Shown in pieces: positions 24,847 through 38,130 of a stretch of 64,000 bases of DNA; the stretch's first letter is position 1; every line of letters begins with the position of its first letter. The notes beneath the pieces are model-generated. The model did no database searches, was not told where the DNA came from, and saw nothing but the letters and a program-made list of their open reading frames with translations. Location of the stretch: assembly GCA_016906335.1 (NCBI GenBank), contig JADEYG010000004.1, positions 248,001-312,000 on the forward strand, given 5' to 3'. The position numbers were made by a program, and so were the translations under genes. The stretch is from Novakomyces olei (lineage: Eukaryota).

Positions 24847-25531
24847 TGCCTCCTTTTTTTCTGGGCTTTTTCCTGTTAATTGGATTCAATACTGTCCTCG
24901 GTTTGGCCCTTTTAGTCTCCGTTGCGTCTCTACAGAATAGAAGCTTTATCAAATGAGGCGGCGAACAGTCCTCTGCTTTGTTTATACTGTAAACAAATCA
25001 ATACTCGACCGTTGCTTGAATGCATTAATTGTTTACCAGACGACAACGATATTTTATTGCAGATGTAATATTCAAGTAATATAACTGCCATAATCGTAAA
25101 GCGTCCGACCTATTGCTGATATGGTTACTTGGCATTTGGTCTATTTACGAAGGCTTGTAATTATAATAAAATGTGTGATAATCTGTCTAATTGACCAAAG
25201 ATCAGCACTTAAATAGTGACTCGAATATACACTTTCACGGGTTTCTCATTCCAAAAACTACAAAACATTTTGCTCCCCATTTTGGGCTTTGCCATGCTTT
25301 GCATTGCTTTGTGTTCTAAAACAGCCATTTGTAGAAATGATAACAATATTCAGAATGTACGGCAATTACTTTTACACTGCATTCTGTTCGAAAAGCGTAT
25401 CGATAACGTGCTTTGCTATCGGCATGACATACCCTGATATCTATTCATTTTAAAGTTGATGGTGAACTGTATGCCGCTTGCTATTTCAAATATGGACTCG
25501 GTCTCGTACGCAATACCCACCGGCTCAAAGA

Positions 25532-27802
25532 TCAAAGCTCATTGCTCGTGAGCTTTTCGATTGCCAGCTCGAGCTTTCGAATAGCCCGATCACGGCTTGC
25601 TAATTCTTGCTTCAAAGTCTTTTCCAACTCGGCTACCTGTGCCGTTAATTTGGCAACCGGATCAGTTTCTGTAGCTTTTTGTGACTCCTGTGCAGTCTCC
25701 TTTGAAAGAGTCGCTTTTGGTTTTTCATCTGCTGCTTTTTCCACTGCAGACTTTTCTTTCGCAACGCTTTCTGGTTTGGTGTGAGCCACATTTGCCCCGT
25801 CTGGAACGTCTTTTGTCTCGCTTGTTTTCGGCTCTGTCTGGCTCTCTTCCTTTTTAACTTTAGCGTCATTTTCGCGCTCCTTTTTGGAAAGGCCCGGCTC
25901 CACAGGTAAAGTGCTTGCCTTGTTCATTGCCGAAACGCTCACTGCACCTTCAGACGTGGCGTGAGCAATTTTCGACTCTAGATCAGAGCGAGCTGAAGCG
26001 TTCTGGTTAGATGGAGTTGGCGAAGGCGATGAAGCTTTTGCAGAGGCAGCTTTCTCCGGTAAAGAGGAACTAGAATTCACTTTAGCCTCAGGCTTAACGG
26101 AAGAGCTGACAGAGGCTGGTGTGTTTTGGGTATGAAATTCTTTATGTTCCGATGTTGGTTCGCTCGGCAGAGTTCCATTTTCCGTAAGGGAATAAATCAC
26201 CGCCATGTCAATGAGCTTGGGAGGCTCCGTCTTGCCGGCGAACCAGTCTTTAGCAGATAGAGCTGGCTCGTATCCAGGCGCCGGTGGATATATATCTTGC
26301 TGAAAAGATTCAGACTTTAACAATTGTCAGTAAACGAATAATAAGGATGCGAATTATCAACAATAATGGTTTTATTATTTTTGTTTTTGGGTAGTTTAAA
26401 AGCAATGCACTTACACGACGGGGAACAATAAAAGCAATGGGCTCAATCATATTGTCGTTGACAGTCTTGTAAGCACGCATGACTTCGTTTTCAGAAACAT
26501 TCACCCCGCGTTTGGGCATAAATGTCACTCCTCTTTGAGCATCAGCGGATTTAAATTCGCTCAACGGGTACAATTTATCATCGACAAGCTCGTAATAACG
26601 AATATTCCCATCACTAGAGTAATTGTCAGTAAATAGCTTTTTAAATAGATATTAAATAAATATGAAAATGATATCCTACCCCTTGCCTGCAACGTACAAC
26701 ACCTTGCAGCTAGCATCAAACGCAGGGGTCAAAACCCCAGAACTTGTGTCTATAACAGTGAACCCGCCAATGGGACCGGCAGCAATGTTACTGGCATCCC
26801 ACAGAGCAATTTGACGATCGCTCATTTTGCTAAATCCAGTGGTCGCTATACGATCACTATCTCCCAGCCAGACAGCTTTGCTCGTTTTCACGCCCGCATG
26901 CCCAGTAGCCTCTTGCACGACGTTTTGAGCACGAATGTCCCATACTCGAATACGCTTGTCCCGCGATGTAGTCACGAGTAACGATCCGTCATAATTAAAT
27001 GACAATGACGCAATCGTGTCCGGGTGAGGGAGAGTAATTTTAGCCTCGCCCGTACCAACGTCCCAGATTTTAATAGTATTATCCCCGCTAGAGGAGGCCA
27101 GGACGTTCTCCGCCGTAGGGTGGAACAGTACATGTCCAACTTTACGCGAATGGCCAGTCAGAAAAGACAGTGGCTTAATGTCTTTGATATCCTCCGGGTC
27201 TACATTCAGCACGTCCAATGCCTCGGGAATTTCCCAAATGCCAATCTGACGATAATTCAGTCATCTATTCGCAATAATCCTTTACCTTGCCGTCATCGCT
27301 GGCAGAAGCGATTATTCTATCGTTGAAGGGATTGAAATCCGTGTCTAGTACAGGCCCAGAGTGCCCACGAAACAACGGGATTTGATCGGGGAGTTTGCCC
27401 TGTCCAGGTATCAGCTCAATTGCTAATTGAATTGCTAATTGAATTGCTGTGCAATTACAATTTCACGAGCATTACATACCACTTGAGTCAATGGGATCAC
27501 GGCAAAGGCTCCGGCGCCGGTTGTCTCCCAAATACAGGAGAGGTATTTGGGATTGGCTTTGATTATACTCGAATCCCAGGCATTTTTGCTCACCTGCAGC
27601 CTTGTCAGCACATTGCCGACAATAGGGCACAACACCGCCGTCTACCGCCTTACCCGCAGATTATCAAAAGTAAGCTCTTTCTTGGTTGGCTGCCCGTATA
27701 TGTGACCTGGAGGCTTGTGAGTCTTGCAAAATTACCACATCAAAAACGCATTGTGCCGTTAAACTTACGGTATTTACTCGCTCGGACGAAGCGGCCCGAC
27801 AT
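25532..27802 (-). CDS. CRN1: Coronin (WD40 actin-binding protein), multi-exon
   Basis: MSGRFVRASKYRH; GHSRKVGHVLFHPTAENVLAS; TTGFSKMSDRQIALWD; FIVPRR|SESFQQDIYPP; C-terminal coiled coil. Confidence 0.95.
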
Positions 27803-28195
27803 GCTGATGACGATGATGTGTGAGGAGAGATCAGTGTATTTATCCTTCCTATACTATTATTACATACTTTATCCGTACATTTATTATCGCGTATTTATTG
27901 TAAAGGCAGATCCTATTATATTGCCCTGTTATAATGTTTATAATTATAATGTTTATAATGCTTATAATGTTTTAACGATAGATCCTCGCAACACAAGTGC
28001 CGTGTATTCAATATTGGTTTAGTGCCGTACAAAAGTACGTGACGCGATGCGGAAATGTATAAAGTATCTATTGTCATCCGCTATGAATCGTCATCGTCAT
28101 CGTCATCATATCTTTTCGTCTTTTTCATCATAATCATAATCATTATTCTTTTCATTATCAAGCCGCCAATGCCCCCTTATCTATTCTTATCGCGC

Positions 28196-29053
28196 CTATT
28201 GAGACGCTGGCTCGAAATCGCGAATAGCAGCCAAAATATTCTCTAAAAATCGAAGTGTGACTACATTCTCCTTTGCCTCGGCCCACTTTTTGGCCCTGAC
28301 AGCAGTTGCAAACCCATCGAGCACAGCCCTACGACGCTCCTGTGTCTCGTGTTCCAGACTGTCCAACTGCCCCGCTTCTGTAGCCTCCGCAATAGCCTCG
28401 CGGGCCTCCATTGTGAACATTAGCAGATCAGGGTTGTCTGCCTTGTCAGACTCCGCAACAGCATGCCCATTCTGGGCCATTATATATTCTGCCCGTAATA
28501 GATCGTCTTTGAGCGTTGCGTAAGCCTGATTGACATAGGCAGCCAGTCTATCGGCCAGACCTGTCTGATCTGCTTCCTCCTTGTGCGACCACGCATCCGG
28601 GTGGACAATGGCCGCGAGCCGTAGGTACTCGGAGCGTAATGATTTGGCTACACTCGGCGACAAAGTACACGCGGACCTGTCTCCAGCATGAAATGTCTTT
28701 GGGAAAAGCGAGAAATAGTCTGCCTCGAGGCAGTCCTGCTGAAGGCGGCCACAAGAGTTACAGACTATTGACGACTCTGGAATTTCCGTTCCGCACTCTG
28801 CGCAGGCCTTGGCTGGCCGTGGCCGTCGGTGCCGTGCGTCAGTGTCCGTCGGCGCCTCTGCGAAATTTCGTTGGTGAAAACGGTAAAACCGGGGATTAGC
28901 GACTGTGGATTGTATTAGGCATCTCGCCGTTCTGCGCGCTGAGAACCGAAGTAAATGCGGGCAGCCAATGACAGCTCGGGGCTCTGTGCTGTGTGAGACA
29001 AGCCGCCGCACTACAGGACTCTGGGCACTGTGAAACACTGGCCTGGCTGCCAT
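28196..29053 (-). CDS. JAC1: Mitochondrial Fe-S cluster co-chaperone Jac1/HscB
   Basis: Presequence; CAEC..CNSC; DYFSLF..VHPD..AYVNQAYATLKDDLLRAEY; LLMFTMEAREAI; LRFLENI. Confidence 0.92.
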   Translation of the reverse strand: MAARPVFHSAQSPVVRRLVSHSTEPRAVIGCPHLLRFSARRTARCLIQSTVANPRFYRFHQRNFAEAPTDTDARHRRPRPAKACAECGTEIPESSIVCNSCGRLQQDCLEADYFSLFPKTFHAGDRSACTLSPSVAKSLRSEYLRLAAIVHPDAWSHKEEADQTGLADRLAAYVNQAYATLKDDLLRAEYIMAQNGHAVAESDKADNPDLLMFTMEAREAIAEATEAGQLDSLEHETQERRRAVLDGFATAVRAKKWAEAKENVVTLRFLENILAAIRDFEPASQ

Positions 29054-29115
29054 GGCTCTAATGGTATTTTTGGGTTGGCATGCCCAATTTATTGTAATAT
29101 TAATTGTAAAATTAG

Positions 29116-29186
29116 ATAATTATAAATTAAATGATAATTATAAATTAAATGATAATTATAAATTAAATGATAATTGTAAATTAAAT
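29116..29186. repeat. 18-bp tandem repeat (GATAATTATAAATTAAAT) ~4x upstream of JAC1
   Basis: Read directly; about 60 bp upstream of the JAC1 ATG. Confidence 0.85.
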
Positions 29187-31013
29187 TATAATTATAGAAT
29201 TAATGATAATTAATCAATATATTATTTCATAGAAACAGTCTGCCATGCTACACTATGCGAAACCCTCATTAAATCCGGTAGAATATAGCCACACTGCGTC
29301 GCCTGCTCGCCCGTGCACAGTCCATTCGAGGTGTGTAACAAGGGCGAATACAATATACAAATGCTATACGACTCGACAGGAGGACGTCAACCCTAATGAA
29401 ATGTACTGAATTTTTAATGACACGCAGCCAGGTATACATCTAAATTTATGCTTTATACTATATCCACTGTGCGCGCTAGTACGATTCTCGCATACAAGAT
29501 ACGCTACCCCTGATCCTTTATTTAGTCTTATCATCACACGCTATTAATAAAAGGCAGGTTTGCAGCCTCTTCATGATAGGCTCTGCTTATCTGCAACCCT
29601 GGCAATGTTTGATCGTATTATTCACATGTAACATTACACGCACGCGGTCGTACAGCGATCGAGGAAATACGAGATCCCAACGCATTTTATGCTTTGCGCG
29701 CCGATATACTGCCAAATCTTCCCTGAATTACTTAAACACCGTTTTATTAAACACCGTTTTATTGCCGGACCCCGTGCTGAGTAATAATGTATGAGTAACA
29801 AGGAGCTGCAAGCGATGTGCTGCCTTGGAGGCCGAATCCATCGGTCGGGAAGAGTGCGCTCGCGTCTGTTCCAGTCTGTGTGCTATCGCACACATCGAGA
29901 GGCACAAGTGTATTTGCACTACTTTGCTTGGCAGTGCGAAATTACATGTTTTTAATATATTTTTTTATTTCAACTTTCTTTAATACATTAATTATTCGTA
30001 TACCTGCACGTGTCCCTTGCAGTACTAACTTTTACGTCCTTTATCCCACTACGAAAACAGTGAGCTGGAGTCGACGGTTCAGGAGTATGCGCTGCACATA
30101 ACCAGCATTGGCGCACGGCGGCTCTTGACCTTTATTTTTCTTTAACATTGGCTCTCGTAATCGCTGTGCCGTTTTGCTGCCGTGAGTGTCTCCTTACTCG
30201 GCTGCTCCGTGGGATGATTTACGCCACGTGATTGTTACCCTCACTATTTCTGCATATCTATTTTGCTGTATTATTGCGTTTATAGCACGCAGTTCAATGT
30301 TTACAGTTTATAGTATTATTGCTGATAAATAGATATTACAAATATTATAGTTCTGTACATATACACATTATATACACATTATACTGTGCACATCGTACTG
30401 TCCACATTTACTGTACACTAACTGTACATTATCTGTACAATATACTGTACATATTAAACGCTATACACATTGACGAGCAACGCTTTTAGCGCTGGACGTT
30501 GGAAGAGTGTGCTTTGCTAGTGGCGTTTCTGCTGCTCTTTACTGCCGCCCGACTCTAATTCCGCTTGCCGACCGACTGCCAAAAGCACTCTGTCCTCTTA
30601 TCGCCCCGCTGTGGCTCTAATACTGTCATCACTGCTGTCTCCAGCCATTGATCATACTTGGCACTGCTGCTGGATCTGGTCGCACTCGGCCGTACTACTC
30701 CACGTGACTTCCCGCCTCGTTCCAGGTGCGACGGCTACTGTCGAGTTTGAACGGCCAAAGCTTGAACGCCAGAGTTTGGGCTGTAAGGTTTGACAGCGTC
30801 TTACTTTGCCAAGTGCTGCTGAACGACGTACAGAGCCTTTCTATAATAGCTATTGGCTCTGCTCTCTGGCTGCCAGAGCTCTTTGAAGGCTGCTGCCAGT
30901 TTTATCTGCTGCTGCTAACAGGTTTGTCTGTACAAATTGCTCGTGACTTTACCTCGAGGCTGTTTGCAACTACGCTACTATTACAGCTACAGTCACCGTT
31001 TGCCGAGTAACGT

Positions 31014-33254
31014 ATGGAATCGGCAGGCGCTGATGGCCCAGTGCCGCCACCGCCACCGCTAATGGCCGGCAGAGCTTCACTCGGCCAGCCGACGACGGCC
31101 TCTGCCGTCGCCTCAGCTAAAAGCGCAAAGAGCGACACATCAAACTCGGCAGCTTCAAGTGTGTCTCCCACGTCAACTGCCTCAACGACGATTGCGCCTT
31201 CTTCGCTCAGTGAGAACGTTAACCCTAAACGCGAGAGCGCTGCCTCTAAACCCTCGTCTGGCCCGGGGAAAGGGCACAGCGATTCTAAACCTCCATCGGC
31301 AAAGCCCTCTGTTGCCAGCTCAATTGCAGCTCAGCGCCAGCGAATAGATGTCGCCTGCCAGCGCTGCCGTCGGCGAAAGATCAGGTGCACAGGAATCCCC
31401 AATCATATCCGCGAACAGATCCTTGCTTCCGACTACCCGAGAGAGCATATCTATGTCGTTCCTATTGAGCATCGCTGTGCCGGCTGTAAAAAGGCCAACC
31501 ATGCCTGTGAGTATGTAAACAGGCTTGCCTCTGCTTCAGCAGACGCGGCAGACACGTCCGGCTCTGCAGCGACGAGCAGGGCTGCTCATAAGGCCTCTAC
31601 GGCTGGACGCAGCAATTCTACAGAAAAGGCTCTGGCCAAGTCGGCCGCCTCCTCTTCAGCATCAGCTTCAGCTTCAGCTTCAGCAGCTGCAGCAGCTGCA
31701 ATTGCAGCAAACAGTATCGACTACCTCTCTGCCTTTGACTCGGCCAGTATGACGATTAACCCTAGGGCTGCTTACACAATGACCCTGAGCCAGTCGCTGC
31801 CGACTTCGCCTCACGAGTTTCCTGCTGGTGCAGTTCCCTCTGTACGGCCTTTGAGCAATACCGTTAGCAGCGGTACGAGTACAGCTGCCTCACACAGCCA
31901 CCGCCGCTCCGTCTCTGGATCGCTTTCGCGACAGCCTTCTGGGCTGCAGGAGTCAGGGCAGGGCTTTAGTACTGCAACCTTGTCCGGCTCAGGCTCCTCT
32001 ACTTTAGGCAGTATCGGCAGCGCTGCACAGTACTACCACCCTTACCGGCCAGCAACAGCCAACCCGAGGGACAAGGCGGCCTTGCGAAGAAGCTCCTTTG
32101 CCGCTGGAGGATCCAGTCTGGCAAAGGAAGGGTCTGTTGTTGCGGCAGGCAGCCGGGACGGAGTCTTTTTAAACCACCCTGGTTCTGTCTACCGTGGGGA
32201 TACTTCTTCCATCGTAGCCGCCTTGAATGCAGCCCGGTCGGGTGCAGTTGCCGGTGCCTCCTTGGACAGGCAGGACCCAGGGCTGCCAGTGTCGGAAGAA
32301 GAGCCGATCATTGACGGAGAAGAAGAAGAGCTGGCCGGGTTCACTTCTGCTGTCCACGCTCTAACCCCGACTGCTTCTTCTTCTTCTTCCTGGGCCGATG
32401 TATCCCTCAGCTCAGCTCTGACGGGGAACAGTACCGGCAACGGCAATAGTAATAGTCATTACCACTATCATAACAACCACAACAACCACCACCACAACTA
32501 TTTTGCCACACGCAACCGGACAGAGTCTCTACCATCCTCATTTGCCCCGTCTTTTGGCCCTTCTTTTGGCCCTTCTTTTGGCCCTTCTTTTGCGCCTTCA
32601 TGGTCGGCCGGGGCTCATATACTCGCTGAACGTGACTCGCTCCACTCCCTATCGTCAGTCCCTTCTCTAACGGAATCCTACTCGGACAGTCTGGCGAATA
32701 CAGAGTCGCCTAAATCTATGCAGCCGGGACCGGACGCCGGCAAGTCTCCCGACTTGGAGCGCATGATGGATATGGATTTCGGATCGCCTACGGATCCGTA
32801 CTTTCACGATCCAATTCTGCAGGACTGTGGCTCGCCTCGCAAGCAGCAGCTGTACCCTTACAACAACAATGGCCATTTATCCCGTGGAAGTAACCTTTTC
32901 CGCAGCCGGCATTACTCTATGGACATGGACGTCGCTATGGATATCGACATGGACGAAGTTGAAGCCAGCCTGGAATTTGACGGGGATTCTTTTGCCTCCC
33001 TGCGCATGGACTTGATGGAAGGGTTTGACGATTCTGGCCGCGCTGGACACGTTGCTGGAGCAGGTCAATTACGCACAGAAAATGGGCATCATTACAGGAA
33101 AAATCCTTCCACATCGGCCCTGTCGAGCGCAATGATGAGTGGACACGAAGAACGACGGACGGGAATGGCTGCTAATGCTTTTGCTTCTGCGCCCAGCCCT
33201 CTGGACAATAATGAAAGCAACAATAATAATAATAACAATAACAATAACAATAAC

Positions 33255-33286
<32 letters not shown>

Positions 33287-33677
33287 TAGCGAAAATAATA
33301 GCGAAAATACTAATAGTGAAGAAAACAATATCAACAATAATAATGGTCTACCTGGTGATAAAAAACAAGGGGATGCGAGGCGCCGAGCTGGGCCGAATGC
33401 GCAGATTGCTGGTGATACGACACGCATGAAAAAAGTGGGCAATGGAGCCAGCGCCAGTGTGAATGGGAGTATCGCTACAATATCAGAGACAGCGGACGAT
33501 GAAGGGCCGCAGGGGGACGCGGAGATTACGATGGCTCACATGCTCAAAGCAAAAGCCCGCAAGGACGATTTACAGATAGGTCCGGCCGAGACCCCGTCGA
33601 GAGAGCTTCGAAAGTTCTTCCGCGATGATATAGGGACTCCACAGAGCACTTTACTTGCGAATTTTGAGATGATTTGA
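31014..33677 (+). CDS. Zn(II)2Cys6 transcription factor with long low-complexity C-terminus and poly-Asn tract
   Basis: RIDVACQRCRRRKIRC-x29-CAGCKKANHAC. The rest is Ser/Ala-rich, with PSFG repeats and an (AAT/AAC)n poly-N at ~33218-33285. Confidence 0.85.
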
Positions 33678-34163
33678 GCTGGACTGCAGTGGCCGAGATA
33701 GTCGCAGAGACGAGTGTTTAGAGCGAAGACGAGACGGGCGGGAGACAGAGGCAAAAGTTGCCGACTCATAGTGTCTCTGGCTGAAAGCTGGCAGCTTCTC
33801 AGTGATACCTGTCCGGCTCACAGTACGAGTTTATATGTATTTATTAGTTTTTTTTTTTTTTTTCATTTCAATTTTTTCGCTATTTTCTTCAGCCAGACAA
33901 AACTTTTGTGTGACAGATTCGTTTACCGGGGAAAGTCTTTGTGGAATTTGCTTTTGGCTTCTCATCTAGCGAAGCATTTCCACCCGGACTGCAGAAAAGT
34001 GCTCGTACCTCGCTTTCTGTCTTTGTTTTGTGTTTTTGTGATATAGTAATGTTCATATAACTTGGAGCAGTGAGCGAGTATTGGCCAGATACAATAGAGC
34101 CGTAGGAACTGGTATATTTAGTGATCCAGCTTCGCAGCACGGTGTACCATATTTGTTTACGAC

Positions 34164-34862
<699 letters not shown>

Positions 34863-34907
34863 ATCATAAAGAACCGCGTCATAAAGCAGGTACATCCGGG
34901 GTAGATC

Positions 34908-37271
34908 ATGCTTCTCTGGCCCGATCAATTGCCTTTGGCAGTACCAAATCTGCTAGATACAAACAAAGCGTACATTGCAGCTTCCGTTGCAGTTTTGCTC
35001 TTTGCATTTCTATGGCTGCGACCCGGCGAGGCAGAGGCCCCTATTTTGCAGTACACGCTGCCACAAGTTTCATTGGCTTCTATCAAAACCCAATTGAAAA
35101 CAGCAAACGGCAATGAAAACGAAACAGATCTTGGTCTCGAAAAAATGAGAGACGACTCGGGAAATAGTGAGCATAAATCGATTGAATGCTTTTGCCCTGC
35201 AACAGGCCAATTCTTGGGCCGAGTCCATGCTTCGACAGAGGCAGAACTAGACTCGAATATAGATCTGGGCCATCGAGCACAGGCTTCTTGGGCACAGACG
35301 TCTTTTGCAGAACGCCGCCGCGTACTTTCTACGCTTTTACGCTACATTCTCGATAATCAAACCGAAATAGCACATGTTGCCTGTCGTGATTCTGGTCCGT
35401 CTTTAATTTTAGTCTTGGCGTTGATTTTAATTTCTACATTTGTTTGTTTTGGGTTTGTTTTGGTTTTTGCTGTTATTAATTGAAGGCAAAACTCAGATTG
35501 ATGCGGCTCTGGGAGAAATATTAGTGACTTTGGAAAAATTGCGATGGACTATTGCGCACGGGGAAAAGTCATTGCGGCCTAGTAATCGAGCAGTCAATCT
35601 GCTCATGTGTTATAAGCGGGCCTTTGTGGAGTACGAGCCGCTTGGGCTTGTGCTCGCGTGTGTCAGCTGGAACTACCCTGTAAGTCCAATTTGACATACT
35701 TTGAGTCCAAAGAGCTAAAACCCCAATGCCAGTTTCACAATCTCGTATCACCCATAATCGCAGCTATATTTGCTGGCAATAGTATAATTGTTAAAGGTTC
35801 GGAACAAACGGCCTGGTCTTCGCAGTACTTTGTTGGGATCATACGGGCAGCGTTGGAACAGTGCGGCCACAATGCCGACATTGTACAGGTAATTTCTTGT
35901 CTCGTTTTATTTATTTAATTCTAGTTTGTACAACCCAAATTTGTGCTATTAACTTTAATTAACTCTGCCAGTCTGTATCTTGCTGGCCCCGCCAGGCCGG
36001 GTATCTAACTGCTCACACTGGCTTCCAGCATATTACCTTTATTGGCTCTCGGCCTATTGGTGAGCTGGTAGCTGCCAGTGCAGCTCAGAGTCTCATCCCC
36101 GTAACAATGGAGCTTGGAGGTAAAGATGCGGCCCTAGTTCTCGACGATGCCAACGTTTTACAAACGGCAAGTATTATCATGCGTGGCGTATTCCAATCAG
36201 CTGGGCAAAACTGCATTGGCATTGAACGCATAATATTATTGCCACGGGTTTACGGAAAAATGGTGGATATTCTGCACCAGCGTATATCTAAATTGCGAGT
36301 GGGGGCACCATTAGACATGGAGGGTATTGATGTTGGGGCCATGCTCGCCAGTGAAGAAAGGCTGCTTGAGCTTGAACGCTTGATTAAAGCTGCAGTTGAC
36401 GACGGGGCAAAACTGCTCTGTGGAGGGCACCGGCTCTTTATTGAACAGTTTTCTCAAGGCAAATACTTTGCTCCTACTTTGCTGGTCAATGTTACACGCG
36501 ACATGGAAATTGCTCAGCGTGAATTGTTTGCTCCAGTTGCACTTTGCCTGCGAGCAGAATCCGTTCAAGATGCTCTCAGCATAGCAAACTCTACCCAGTT
36601 CGGACTCGGCGCCTCTGTATTTGGGAAAGACGCTAAAGTGCTGGAAACTTGTGTGAAGCAGCTGCGAGCGGGAATGGTGGCAGTAAACGATTTTGGAACT
36701 TTTTATGTAAGTCACCAATATAGACAAGTGGAAAAATGAATATTCAAATTCGGGAATTGTGATGCAAACTCAATCAAGACTTGCACCAAATTATCGAGTC
36801 AAAATCGGAATGTGAAATAAGAAGAACCAGTAAAAGTCAAGAAATGAAGATGAAATAAATCAAAAGATCGGCAAGCTGACTTTTAGATGACGCAATTGCC
36901 GTTTGGTGGAGTTGGTGGCAGCGGATACGGCCGTTTTGGCGGTGCTGAAGGTACGTGCCATTCCTTGAAAGTGAATTATACAAAATGTGTCTTTAGTTAT
37001 TCGCGAATTGTACGCGAATAATTATTGCAATGTATATTCGACAATGCACTAATGAACTGCAGGCCTACAATCGCTTTGTAATGCCAAGAGTATATCAGTC
37101 GACCGAGTTTCTTTTGTGAACACGACTATACCCCGACCACTGGACTATCCTATTCTTCATGCGGCTAAAGCGTGGGACTTTGTGGTTGGAATTATCAGCA
37201 TTGGCTACGAGCCAAGCTGGGGAGGAAAGATTGTACGCGGCCTTGGCGGCATTATAAAGGGTAGTTTGTAA
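34908..37271 (+). CDS. MSC7: Msc7-like aldehyde dehydrogenase, multi-exon
   Basis: N-terminal TM; IECFCPATGQFLG; VSWNYP|FHN; ITFIGSRPIG; MELGGKDA; FQSAGQNCIGIER; ELFAP; QLPFGGVGGSGYGRFGGAEGL. Five introns. Confidence 0.92.
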
Positions 37272-37963
37272 ACTAAGCGAAAATTATTTGGCTCTCTATA
37301 TGCATTTGGGCTGAGCAATCCAAAACGATAAAATGTAATATTGAATTGATACAAATAGAAAATGTAATTGAACATGACTAAATATATAATTAAATATAAT
37401 TACATATAATTCGACTGTTTAGGTTTCAATTTGATAGTTTATGCTTTGAATTTTATGAATTGGCAGACATATTAAGCAAGTCAAGATATGAATCTTTAAA
37501 AACATTAGCAATAGGGAATTTAAATAATAGGAAAATATTAGTTATTATACCTTCTTTGATGAAGCGAGTATCACTTCAAGAGGCTTAACAGTTTGGTGCT
37601 CCACTTTTTCTTTGATTTTTCAGGGAGAATAAATATAAATTAATAAAGAACGCGGCACGTAGAATTGGGAACCAATAAATATATAAAATGGCCGTGTGGA
37701 CGGACTGAAACGTATTAAAAACCCTGTGCTTTCTTTGTCCTAAATTCAGTATTGCTTGTATTTTTAGTATAATAAAAATATCCATGTCAAACTATAACAG
37801 ATATATAAGTCACACAAATGTAAACTGCATAGTATAAGAAAAACAAGATAAAGTGCATTACTGTATTATCAATCTATTCACACTATTTATTTATTGACGT
37901 TGTAAACAAACCAAACCATTATTGTCGGCGTATGGTGGGCCTGCTTGATGGCAAATAGCCGAA

Positions 37964-38095
37964 ATGATCGATCTAGCAGCGCGACACGGCTCGTGCTGCT
38001 GCTGCTGCGGCCGATCTGAATGCTCGTCCCATCAGAAGTGCCGACTAATGATCCATCAGCTGGATAGTCAGCTCAAACTGGCGGCAAGTATGTTC

Positions 38096-38130
<35 letters not shown>

